A DNA stretch of 63,901 nucleotides, counting the filler, from Octopus bimaculoides (taxonomy: Eukaryota), in NCBI RefSeq assembly GCF_001194135.2. It is 4 parts of 3 records of this genome, joined end to end, with 100 filler letters (N's around TTAATTAATTAA, not from the genome) between each part and the next. Parts side by side here need not be neighbours in the genome. Positions count along the whole stretch, not along the records: positions 1 to 30,082 come from NC_068982.1; 3 more parts are not named here. One strand, written 5' to 3'. Position numbers and translations under genes: made by a program. The notes under the pieces were generated by a model. The model did no database searches. It was not told the DNA's origin and was given only the letters and a program-made list of their open reading frames with translations. This document shows, piece after piece, positions 1 to 12,600 of the stretch. Within the stretch, counting starts at the first letter, position 1. Every line of letters starts with the position of its first letter.

Positions 1-4
1 GATC

Positions 5-268
5 TGTTATGTTTCCCTCGGGTGACTCGTAGAGATAACATAACGAGTTATACAATTTAATTATTACATTTATTGTTCAATTACATACAAAGAACGCACT
101 CACCCAATGTTCGTTATGAATAAACAAAAGTCATGTCCGCCATATATATATCAATGACATTTTACTACGACAGTCCCACAAGACAACAACAATGAAACAA
201 TGAACTCAGACGAACCACATGACACACGGAACGTCAGACGAATTACATATCTAACAGTCCATATAACA
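5..268 (-). mobile_element. Solo LTR (BEL/Pao- or Gypsy-like), 264 bp
   Basis: Termini TGTTAT...ATAACA; left flank GATC (1-4) and right flank AGATC (269-273) fit a 5-bp TSD; on the minus strand a TATA-like run (141-150) precedes AATAAA (74-69); 11 CpGs. Confidence 0.75.
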
Positions 269-3200
269 AGATCTGTCATATCATCAATTCATTGTCAAAA
301 TCAAAGTTATTCTTAGGGATTATGTAAATCAACTCATTTTTGATAATTTGAAAAAATGAGAACTGATGAACGGACTGTCGAAGATGATGTAATTCAAATG
401 AGACTCATAGATGGCATAGAATCAACTGAATGTATATAAAAAAAAAGAAAGACATTAAAATAAATTAAATCAAGTGATCCAAAGTTGAAATCATACATTG
501 AATTCGTTCTACGACTTACAATTTCTATATTTCATGTGACTGAAACAAAAGCAAAATATAGAAAATATTAATGGCTTTGATTATAATATTGTGTCACATG
601 TTGATAGAAACAAATACAAATCTAATTATAACTGTTGCTTTTGTGGGTAAAAACATGTACTATTAAGATGGCTTACAATTGGTAAAACTTGTAAGCTTGG
701 CACTTATTCTATCTGTGTCTTTAGCCAAACTGCTAACTTATCAGGATGTAAACAAACCAACACCAGTTGAGAAGCAGTGGTGGAGTAACAAATACAAGGC
801 CACACGTGCGCACACACACATGCAGATATATATATACATAGATATATATACACAGACAAGATGACGAAGGACCAAGATACTTGGCACCTTGCTATATTCA
901 AAGAGACCTGTCTTCCACAGCAGAAGTGTTAAGGCTGCTCTTAGGTCTGATGTCAGCTGATTTCTCTTTGAAGGAGATTGGGAAGGATCAACCTGCAAAG
1001 GATGATTGGCAAAACTGACCTCAACTGGGTTTAAATCCAGAGCACAGAGAACCAAAATGAATACTGCAATATTTTATCTGTAACATTTTAACTATTCTGC
1101 CAATTTGCTGCGTTATACATTTTTGTTGAAGATTGGTGAATTGTCTTTTGGGAGAATGTGGACAAACAAAGGAATCTGTGTTTAGTTATGAGAATTCATC
1201 ATCATCATATATCCATTATTCTATGCTGACCTGGATGAATTATGAATTATGAATGTAAAACCATCGAAGGTTAGGAAGCAATCAGACTTTTTCTTGGGTA
1301 TGTCAGTTTCTATGGGAGATCATGCTAGGGTGCATGAGGACTTGGTTATGAAAGGTTTTGAAGGCCAGATGCTCTTCCTGTTGCCAACCCTCAACTATTT
1401 TTTTAAGTAGGGGAGTTGTTTTGTGTTTTTTTTTATCGCACTGGTTTTCAAAAGGCATAGCAACTCATAATGCAAAGAAGATAAACATCATATGACCAGT
1501 AGTGACAAGTGAAACCAAGGACTGATGCTATTGTAGAGGACTCTAGCCCAAAGTGCAGTGCATCGAAACCACATGGTTGCAAAGTGAACTTCTTAACCTC
1601 ATAGCCATGCCTAATGCTATATATTGATCATTATTTAGTTCACATGTTGTCTTTTACTTTGTTCCACAAAATTAGTGTTAGTATCAAAGTGCAGACTTGG
1701 TCCAGAATTGACATCTCAAAAGAGGTCATAGCAGAAATTTAGATAATGAAAGAGACACTTTGGTGATCAAATGTTGTATTCAAAGAATGTAGCATTTTTG
1801 TTTGGCTGAAAATATTCATTAGTCCTAAAATTTATTTTTAGCATAAACTGTGGTTTCCCAAAATTATCATTTTTATGTATTATTAGGTAAATCATACAAA
1901 TGACAGTTCTTCGTTATGGAATGTTTTATGTAAAAAAAAAAAATCTGAAATACCACCAGTTGATGCATTATCATTGTTGGCATTTAGTCATATTATTATT
2001 TTGGATGGATGAAACAGTTATATATTATTTGCTATATTAAGAAAATTTTAAATAGTAATTAAGCCAATTGTTCCATTGCCATAAAGGTTATTTGAGTCAA
2101 ATGTAAGTTAACAATCAAAGACAGTATCTTATGTAATTGAGAATTAATTGTTTTTCCAATGTTTTGAGAACATTGATGATAAAAGAAGTGCATAATGGTG
2201 TACATTGTGGCCCAGAGGCTACAAAAAATTGGTTAAAAATAGAAATATGGTAGCCAGGTTACTGCGAAGATGTGAAATACTATGTAAGATGTATGAAATA
2301 CGCAAGGATAAAACTGATATTAACTTCATGCAGTGCACACATGGCCTAAAGAAATTGAGGTATTGAAATGAGAGCATATTGATAACATTTGTCAAATTTA
2401 GGACTGTTCTTAATACTTGCTGATGCATAACCCTGGGTGCAAAATAAGCTGGTGCTCATGGCATCAAAGGACAGGGGCACCACAGAGATGAAAATGGTTT
2501 ATGGCATGAAAGAAATCACTTTAAACTTGCTAAAATATTCTACTAAGTATAGAAGCAGAAGTTTTATGTTAAATTAATTTTAACGATATCATTGAAAACT
2601 TCGAAATTAAAAAAAAAATGAAGGAAAATACTTTTCAAATATAAGTGGGAGCATACAAAAATAAACATTATTTTCCATCTTACTGTTAATTTTGTTTCAT
2701 TTTGAAAAATAAAAATTTATTTTGTGATTATTATTGTTTACATTTTGAACCATTTGCATATACTTGAGGGCACCAAAGCCTTCTAAGTGCTTAGGGCCTT
2801 AATCTGGCCCAGGCTGAGTGGCTGGAAGTAATAACATGTACAAACAATGAAGCTGATGCAATTAAGCAGTTATTAACAACTATGTTCTAGAAATGTTTAG
2901 TGTTAGACAAATCCTTTCGATACAATGATAATGACTTATGTACTTGGCTTAATAAGATTGAATATAAACCTATATAAACACTGCAATATCGTCTAGAATG
3001 GATAATAAGTTACTGGAAGAATGGTTACACATATTGCTATATGCTTAAAAGAATATATACAAAGTAAATAGTCTATTAACGTATATTTGAGCCATGTGCA
3101 TTTAAGTTACCTCATTCAAGGAAATTTTCTTGGACAATCACTAAAACTGTAACTCCCATTTGGTATCAGGGTATGAGAAATGATGAACCGTACCAGGTTA

Positions 3201-3562
3201 GATTTACATCTCAAGCAGATAATAAATAATACAGTTGTGATTCTTGAAAGTTAATCATGCAAATTAAATAAGCAATGATTTAAATATTGAAGGTGGAAAA
3301 AATGTAGAATCAGTTCTTCACTGCAGGTGTCAGACAGAGTTCTCATAACAAAAGGAATGAATTCATTTCTGCGAGACATGATATTGTTATATTAACATTA
3401 TTGCAGCATTAACTTTAATTTAAATGCTTACATATGATCAAGACTATTTAAGATAGCTACCGTTTCAATGTTTGAAAGCTTGGCTATTAAATTGAATAAA
3501 GTTTTTTTTAATGTTATATGCTATAAATTACATATTGAAGTAATACTATCTTTTACTTTCAG

Positions 3563-3640
3563 GTGGAATTATTTATTGCCCCTACTGTGAAAAAAGAAGC
3601 TTCACCAAATCTTCATATGCCAGACTTTTTAAAGAAAGAG
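3563..3640 (+). CDS. TOP3B: TOP3B exon (first seen): [26 protein letters not shown]
   Basis: tttcag|GTG...GAG|gtaaat; resembles human AELFSQAPTEKKEANPKL (from memory). Confidence 0.9.
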
Positions 3641-6600
3641 GTAAATTATACATTTATTCTTTTGCTGATTTCTGTCATTTGACTGTTACCATGTTGGGAC
3701 ACTCTACCCACCTCAAAGGTTTACTTGATCATATCAACCCCACTGCTTATTTTGGTATGACACTTATTTTATCAATTTATACTTATCAACTGTTACGTTA
3801 TGGTAGATAAAGGTATAGACAGTATAACTATAAACTCACATAGACACATACTTATATAGAACTCTGTTGTGTGTTTATACACACACACACACACACACAC
3901 ACATTCATACATACATAACCAAGGGAGTAGCAGAAAAGAAGTTTACCACCTAACTGTCGAAGAGGTAGACCCAGGAAGACATGGGATGAGGTGTTGAAGC
4001 ATGACCTTCAAACATTGGGCCTCACTGAGGCAATGACTAGTGACTGAGACCTTTGGAGATATGCTGTGATTGAGAAGATCCGGCAACTAAAGTTAGATCG
4101 CAGCCATGGCTAATGCCAGTGTTGCATGTCCGGCCCATTTAAGAGTACCTTTGATGTGTCAGGTGATATGATATGCTTGAGAAGACCTGTTTAATCAAGT
4201 ATGACCAAAGCCAAAATCATAACTGTGGCCAGTGCCCCCTGACTAGCTCCCATTCTGGTGCCACATAAAACGCATCATCCGAACATGGTCTATGCCAGTG
4301 TCCTCTGACTGGCTCCTGTGCCAGTGGCACGTAAAAAGCACACTATGAACGTGATAAATGCCAGGAACGCCTGACTGGTCTCCATGCCGGTGGCACATAA
4401 AAAGCACCATCTAAACGTAGCCGATGCTAGTACCCACTGACTGGCTCCCATACCAGTGGCACATAAAATGCACTATCCGAATGTGATTGATGCCAGGCCC
4501 ACCTGACTAGTTCCTGTGCCGGTGGCATGTAAAAAGCACCCACTACACTCTCGGAGTGGTTGGCATTAGGAAGGGCATCCAGCTGTAGAAACATTGCCAG
4601 ATCAGATTGGAGCCTGGTGCAGCCGCTGGCTCTCCCAACCATGGTCAGACTGTACAACCCATGCCAGCGTGGAAAACAGACGTTAAATGATGATGATGAT
4701 ATATGACAAGCTTCTGCACAGAGTATTGGGCAATATAAAACTATAATAGAACACACTTATCCAAGGTGACCCACATTGGAATCAAACCGAGAACCATTTG
4801 GTTGTAAAGTGAACTTCTTAATCACACAGACATACCTGTGTCTATTTATTTACATAGAATATTTATATACTGTTTGTACTGAATTGTATTTTATTGGAGT
4901 TGAGAACAGTGTCAGTTATAAATGACTATATATGTATATGTGAAGGCGCATGGCTCAGTGGTTAGAATGTTGGGCTCACAATCATGAGGTAGTGATTTTG
5001 ATTCCTGGACTGGGCTGTGTTGAATTCTTGAGCAAATCACTTTATTTAACTTTGCTCCAGTTCACTCAGCTGTAGAAATGAGTTGTGATATCACTGGTGC
5101 CAAGCTGTATCGGCCTTTGCCTTTCCCTTGAATACATCAATGGCATGGAGAGGTGGGGCTGGTATACAAGGGTAACTGCTGGTCTTCCATAAACAACCTT
5201 GCCCGGACTTGTGCCTTGGAAGGGAACTTTTTAGGTACAATCCCATGGTTGTTCATGACCGAAGTGGGTTTTTACCCTTTTATGTATATGCAGTTGTAGA
5301 CATACATCTTTAATTTAGCTGTGGAATAGAGCCCTTGGGTTAGACCACAAGTTTATTTTTTGGCAACTTGGAATGAGTATTTAGCTGACTAGTTTTACTG
5401 TCCTTTTGCCAAATATAAATAACAGAGAGTAACTCATTAAAAGGGAAACCAGCTTCTGCCAGGCGCAACTCATTTAGATAATGCATTAAGGTTGACAGTT
5501 TGATACTAATTACTAGAGTATTAATACTACCAATTACAAATAAAAATCTATACAGTGCCATATTTATATGTATTTTGGGATGACAGATCTCATTTCACAG
5601 GAAACTAAATGCATACAGATATCATCATCATCATCATCATCATCGTTTAACGTCTGCTTTCCATGCTAGCATGGGTTGGACGATTTGACTGAGGTACATC
5701 TTTATTCATATATTGTGTACATACCCTTTTTCTTTCATTATCAATTGCAGTGAAGAAAGCAATTGTTTAAATCTTATTGAAGGTCTTCTTGAATCAAAAT
5801 GATTAAATATTGATGTAATGTTGTAGAATTTGAAAGGTTGGAAGTCAATATATTGCAGAAACACTCAAAGAGAGAAGATAAATGAATTTAGATTCATTTT
5901 GGAGTAGCACTAAATGATGGAACATATTTGATGTTAATAGTTGTTCCTGATAAAAACTATTTCTTAATTCTAAAGAATGTTTTAGTTTCTTTTAAAAAAT
6001 ATAGGCTTACAAGAGAGGTCAATCAGAAACAATGATATAACTGATTTTTAAAAACTTTTATTTCAGCATGTGTAGTTTGCAGCTATTTATGAATTTTAGT
6101 TTGGTACTGTCCCTCTCTGCTGCATGTCTGAATACACAAAAGATGGATAACACTGTGTTTTCCTCTGAGTAACCTAAGAAACTTGGTACACAAGATTTAA
6201 GTTTTAAAATTACTTTTTTAAGCCCATTTATTGATTGAATATTTCTTTTCAATGTTGACAGGATTTTATTCAGCTTTATTTTTTATCCCTTCAGACTACC
6301 AAAGTTTTTTTGTTTTTTTTTTTAAGACTCTTAACACATATTACTTTGAAGCTAACTTGTATATTATTTTATCATTTAGGGCAAAGGTTCTGATTACTTA
6401 GTATTATGGCTAGATTGTGATAAAGAAGGTGAGAATATCTGCTTTGAAGTCATTGATGCTGTTCTTCCTGTTATGAAGAGGAATTCTGACAAGGTAATAC
6501 AAAAATATATTTCATTAGATTTTCTAATTCTGCTTACCTCAGCTTACATGGCAGAGAATATCTTCTTCTGTATCCCATGCATGTTATTAAAGTATCCGAT

Positions 6601-9600
6601 TGTAAATACTCATTCCACTCTTGCTAGCTTGGAAAAAATGGATAAAGTAAACTAATGAAGTATGTCAATTATACATAAATGAGAAAACTAAAACTGGATT
6701 TGGAGTAGAACTTTAGAAGTTGGGTTTTAGACATAAAATTGAAATAACTACTTAGATGCCACTATTTCTGAATATATTGTGTCCACCACAAACTTCATGT
6801 AACTCACTTGAATGATATAAGCTATAACTCTGCTTCAAGATGAGCAGTACATCCTTGTTCTTATTAGCTTACAACAGCTTTCACATAACCCTTCTATGTA
6901 AGTCATGAGATTTTTCCTGTCTCGCATACATGTGTACTTGGTACACATACACATGCAGATTAATCAATGTTACTACTTGCCAGCATTTACTCTTTTACTT
7001 GTTTCAGTCATTTGACTGTGGCCATGCTGGAGTATCGCCTTTAGTCGAGCAAATTGACCCCAGGACTTATTCTCTGGAAGCCTAGTACTTATTCTATCGG
7101 TCTCTTTTGCTGGACCGCTAAGTTACGGGGACGTAAACACCAGCATCGGTTGTCAAGCGATGTTGGGGGGACAAATGTATACACACACATACATANNNNN
7201 NNNNNNNNNNNATATATACATTTACACGACAGGCTTCTTTCAGTTTCCGTCTACCAAATCCACTCACAAGGCTTTGGTCGGCCCGAGGCTATAGTAGAAG
7301 ACATTTGCCCAAGATGGCACGCAGTGGGACTGAACCGAGAACTATGTGGTTGGTAAGCGAGCTACTTACCACACAGCCACTCCTGCGCCTTTTGTTTTAT
7401 TTAAATAAAGTTTACAATGTTTTGTTGTAAATGAACTGCCTTCTGAACATTCTTTATTCACGCTTATTAAAAAGGACATTGAAATGGATTCTATCCATGA
7501 GTGAATCCATGTCAAAGGAAGAGAGGTTGCTTCTGTGCTGTCAAATCTGCAATTATGGTATCATCTAGCTGTTTCCATTTTTAAAAATTTTTAACCTTCC
7601 AGCTTTTACAAAGGAATATGAGTGTTAAATTAATAATAAGTTTTCTTTTTTCCAGAACATATACCGTGCTCACTTTAGTGCTATCACAGAATCAGATGTG
7701 AAGCGAGCTATGAATAACTTGGGCACACCTAATGAGAATGAAGCAATGTCAGTTGATGCCAGACAAGAGTTAGATCTGCGAGTTGGTTGTGCCTTCACTC
7801 GATTCCAAACCAAATTCTTTCAGGTATATTATGATATAAATCAAATGAACAGAATTTTACTTTTATCAGTAATAATTTATGCAAGACTTTCTCAAGAACC
7901 AAATGTCATCAAACCAACCATTCACTTCAATAGCTGGTCTCTTTTTGTTGAGTATGCATAGAATAAGTAGTTTCTCTTCCACACATTTTCCTTTTGTAAT
8001 AACATTTCCAAGACTCTTTCTTCCCAGTGTCAGAAGTTATTTTCTTTTTGTGACTTCTTACCTTTCTTTCTTAACACATTAACTCCACCTAAAATAGTCT
8101 TTCCAGAAAGTTCTCACATTTATGGATTGAAGAAATTTAAAATTATTAATTAATTTACTTAATTGCTCTTCTAATTTATCTATTGTATGGCATAATCCTC
8201 TTATGAAAACTTCTTGTATTAAACATTTAAAATTTGATTTGTTAAGTAGGATGCATCTTTTACAGGGCAAGTATGGCAATTTGGATAGCACTTTAGTGTC
8301 ATATGGTCCTTGTCAATCACCTACATTGGGCTTCTGTGTGGAGCGGCATGATAAAATCCAATCATTTAAACCTGAAACCTATTGGATCATTAATGTACAG
8401 GTAAATCCTTTATCTTGTATGAATGTTTCATTTCTTATTGTCTTTGTGTTATTGGTATCACAGTGACATGAACTGATGCTATAACTAAATATTTTAACAA
8501 GCTCCATATTGCATTTCAATAAAAGATCCACATACTTCAGTCAAATATTTTAAGGAAAATTACTCACATCCAAACATAATTGTTACATTCTGGTTTCTGA
8601 ATGAAGTATAAAGTTCATCAATGCATATTTGATATGAGGGTTTTACATACATACATATTTAGGTCACCACCTTGAAGTATTTAGTAGAACAAATTGACCC
8701 CAGTACTTACTTATTTAAAGTCTGGTACTTATTCTATTGGTCTTTTTTTTCCAAAATGCTAAGTTAGAGCATTGTAAACAAACTAACACCAGTGGTCAAG
8801 TGGTGATGGAGCACAAGCACACACACACACACATATGTAGATATAAACATAGATACAATGGGCGTCTTTCAGTTTTTGTCTGCCAAATCCACCCATGAAG
8901 CTTTGGTTGGTCCACAGCTTTAGTAGAAGACTGAACCTGGAACCACATATTCTAAAACTGAAGCAATATGGAGAAGATAAGCATGGCCCTAAGCAAGGAT
9001 ATGTAAATTTGTGAAGCATTCCATATCTTTTTTATGATGATATTATCATTAAGATGATGAACTGGCAAAGTGATTAACATATCAAACGAAATGCTTAGTG
9101 GCATTTTTCCCCAAGTCTTTATATTCTGAATTTAAATTCTCCTGAGGTCAACTTTGCCTTTCATCCTTTTGCAGTCAGTAAAATAAGTACCTGTTGAGCA
9201 CTGGAGTTGATGAACTGAACTAACACACATCCCCAAAATTGCTGGCCTTGTGCCAAAATTTTAAGCCATTATTATTGTTGTAAAGGCAGCGAGCTAGCAG
9301 AAACGTTAGAATGCTGGGTAAAATGCTTAGTGGTATTTCATCTATCGCTATGTTCTGAGTTCAAATTCCACTGTAGTCGACTTTGCCTTTCATCCTTTCA
9401 GGGTTGATAAATCAAGTACCAGCTGAGTACTGGGGTCGATGTAATCAACTATCCCCCTCCCCAAAATTTCAGGCCTTGTGCCTATAGTAGAAAGGGTTGT
9501 TGTCATTGATTGACCAATACTGTCTGGGTAAAATTGGTAGATGGGAGCTGTAGGAAGCTCATTACGTGTGATTGTGTGTGTGAGTTTGTCTTGATATGTA

Positions 9601-12600
9601 TGCGTATTGATTGTAAGCATGACCTACTCTTCATTGTTTGCAGTCCACTGTGAAAGTGTATCCAGCCTTGTTGACATGTGCACACTGATTGTAAACAAGA
9701 GCTTCACCATTCATACAAATGGTGTCACTTATTTTGCAGTCCCCTGCAAAATCATGGCCAGACTGTTTTGTTTTTCAGTAGTCTGAGACATTATCTTGCT
9801 TGGAAACAAACGAGGGTTGATATTGGGAAGGGCATTAGGCTGTAGAAAACACTGCCTCAATGTCATCTTACTTGATTAAAACAATGATAGTATTGACAAC
9901 ACTGTCACCGCCAAGGAGGTGAAGGAGCAAAACGAAAGAGGTGAATTTGCTGTTTCTGTATTTTAGATCTAATCAATCAAAGCTAACCGGAGTTACTCAA
10001 TAATTAATTAACATTTATGAAAATATATACTTAGATACTCTATTTCTACATCATTTAATGTCTTGTTATTTTGCTCATTTTCTTCCAGTGAGTGCCTTGT
10101 CTACTGTCCAATTATTTAAACAAGTATCTTTTTTATATCATAGGTGGCTCATCCTGATGGCAAAAATGTCCATGTTGACTGGGAACGATATCGTGTGTTT
10201 GATAAAGAAGTTGTACAGATGTTCCTTTCCATGATCAAATCTGCTGATTCAGCCAGGTTTGATTATTTCTTTTTATTTTTGGATTTCTTTAACTTTTTAT
10301 AATGATATTCAGTAATAATAATAACACTGGTTTACAGAATATTCTTTTGCTCTGAGGCAAGGATGTGAATAAGTGTTTTTTACTAATTTTGATATGGTAA
10401 ATTCAATTTTTGAACAGTTTTTCTCTATCACATCATCATCATTTAACGTCTGTTTTCCATGCTGGCATGAGTTGGACAGTTTGACTGAGGTCTGGAAAGC
10501 CAGGAGGCTGCACCAGGCTCCAATCTGATCTGGCAAGGTTTCTACAGCTGGATGCCCTTCCTAACGCCAACCACTCCAAGAGTGTAGTGGGTGCTTTTTA
10601 CATGCTACTGGCACAGGAGCCAGTCAAGAGGCACTGGCATCGGCCACATTTGGATGGTGCTTTTTACATGTCACTGGCGCGAGGAGCCAGTCTGGCAGTA
10701 CTGGCAATGACCCTTGCATGAATGATCTGAGTTCAAATTCCACCAAGATGAACTTTTCCTTTCATCCTTTCGGGGTCGATAAATTAAGTACCAGTTGTAT
10801 ACTGGGGTTGATCTACTCGACTGTCCTCCCTCCCCCCAAAGTTCAGGCCTTGTGCCTAAAGTAGAAAGGATTGTTACTATTATCATTATTGTTTAACTGT
10901 AATAACAAATTTTACAATGAACTACTTCAAGATTATTATCTTGTATTGTTTATAATTAATTTCTCAAAGTAATAATGGAGTTCAGCTATGACAAAAGAAA
11001 GATAAACAGCTAGAGAGTTTGCTTTCACATATCCTATTTCAATTATACTGCATATAAATTCAAAATATAATGTGTTTATTTCATCTGTTACAAAAGCATA
11101 TTACAGAAAAAAAAACAGCATAGATACAGAGCATTGAGAGAACTAAATTTCTTGGATAATACAATACACACAAACCATAGTACTGCAGACAGTTAGAAGT
11201 GAGTTTTTGTGGATGATCTTGTGAACTTTGCCTCCGAGATGTCATACAAGAGCATCCCACAAAAGTCCCCCATCATGCTGAGGTTCCACTTGCCTTGGTA
11301 GTTGCTCTCCATCTTAGTAATATCTTGGTGGGACCTTTCTCCATGCTCATCACTGTCTGCTCTGAGCTTCATGGGGAAGAAGTTGAGGTGGGAGTGGAGA
11401 AAGTGAATTTTGAGTGACATTCGGCATCCTATATCCTCATAAGACTGTAACAACTTCTCGATACACTCTTGGTAATCTAGTACTTGTGTTTGCCTCAATT
11501 TCTCTGTAAACCAGTGTAATGTTAGGTTTAATGTTATGAGTATCATTTGAAAATAAAGATTGTATAGATTTCTATGTACATTGAATACTTTCTCTTATTA
11601 ATTTAATTGATTAAAGTACTTCTAAAATTAATGATAAAAGTAAATATTATATTAAAATTTGTTTGTTTTTTTTCTCTTTCTTTCCTTTATTAGAGTGTAT
11701 GATGTGATTAAGAAAGAGAAGACCAAATCTCATCCCCAGGCTTTAAACACAGTTGAAATGCTTCGGATTGCAAGTTCTGCGTTGGGTAAAATTCTATTTA
11801 TACTAAAACTTACTCAGTGAGTAACATTACTATTTAAGGCACAATTAGAAATAGAAGTGAAAATTTTTAATTGCAAATTAATGTTGTGTTTCCTAACTTT
11901 TCTTTCTATAGGTATGAGTCCCCACCATACCATGCAAATTGCTGAACGATTGTATACCCAAGGCTATATCAGTTACCCAAGAACAGAAACGACACACTAT
12001 CCCGCAAACTTTGACCTCGTGTAAGAAAACATAAATACAACTTTATAGTTTATAAAAATATATGGTTTATAAATTGACAGGATAAAGATAGAATGTTGCA
12101 GCCTTGACTCAACAATATTTTCCTTGTTTTCTTCATGGTCTTAGACTATTAATCAAAAATCTTAATCCTTCAAAGTATATTACAGAGCCTTTTCTCATAT
12201 CTAAGAGTGTCTCTGTTTAGAATAGAACATATTTCTCATGTTATTTGTATCTATTTTTCAATGTTAGCATAGGGTGGATTTGTTTTTTACAAATTTAGGC
12301 ATTTGGTTGAATTTGATAAATTATCAAGTTAAATTGTGGAAGCTGCAGTCAACAAGATAAACTGTAGTTTTTAAGTCTGATGTTTATTCTGTCATCTGCC
12401 AGACACTAAATAATGGAGATGTAAACAAGCTGACTCTGGTTGTCACACCCATGTGCATGACAAGTTTCCACACAATTTCCGTTTACCAAATTCACTCATA
12501 AGGCATTGATTGGCTATTGTAGAAGACACGTACCTATGGTACTGTACTGTGGGACTGAACTTGAAACCACATGGTTGCAAAGCAAGCTTCTTAACCACAT

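Noticed and set aside
2161-2816. Possible hAT-like element (end resembling CAGGGCCGGATTAAGGCC on the minus strand)
   Set aside because: No second terminus, TSD or convincing transposase motif
4230-4545. CRISPR-like array
   Set aside because: Inter-repeat segments are homologous to each other rather than unique spacers; the array lies in a LINE 3'UTR in a eukaryote; no cas genes
7824-7833. U12-type intron (GTAT donor)
   Set aside because: GTATATTATG does not match GTATCCTT; ordinary U2 intron
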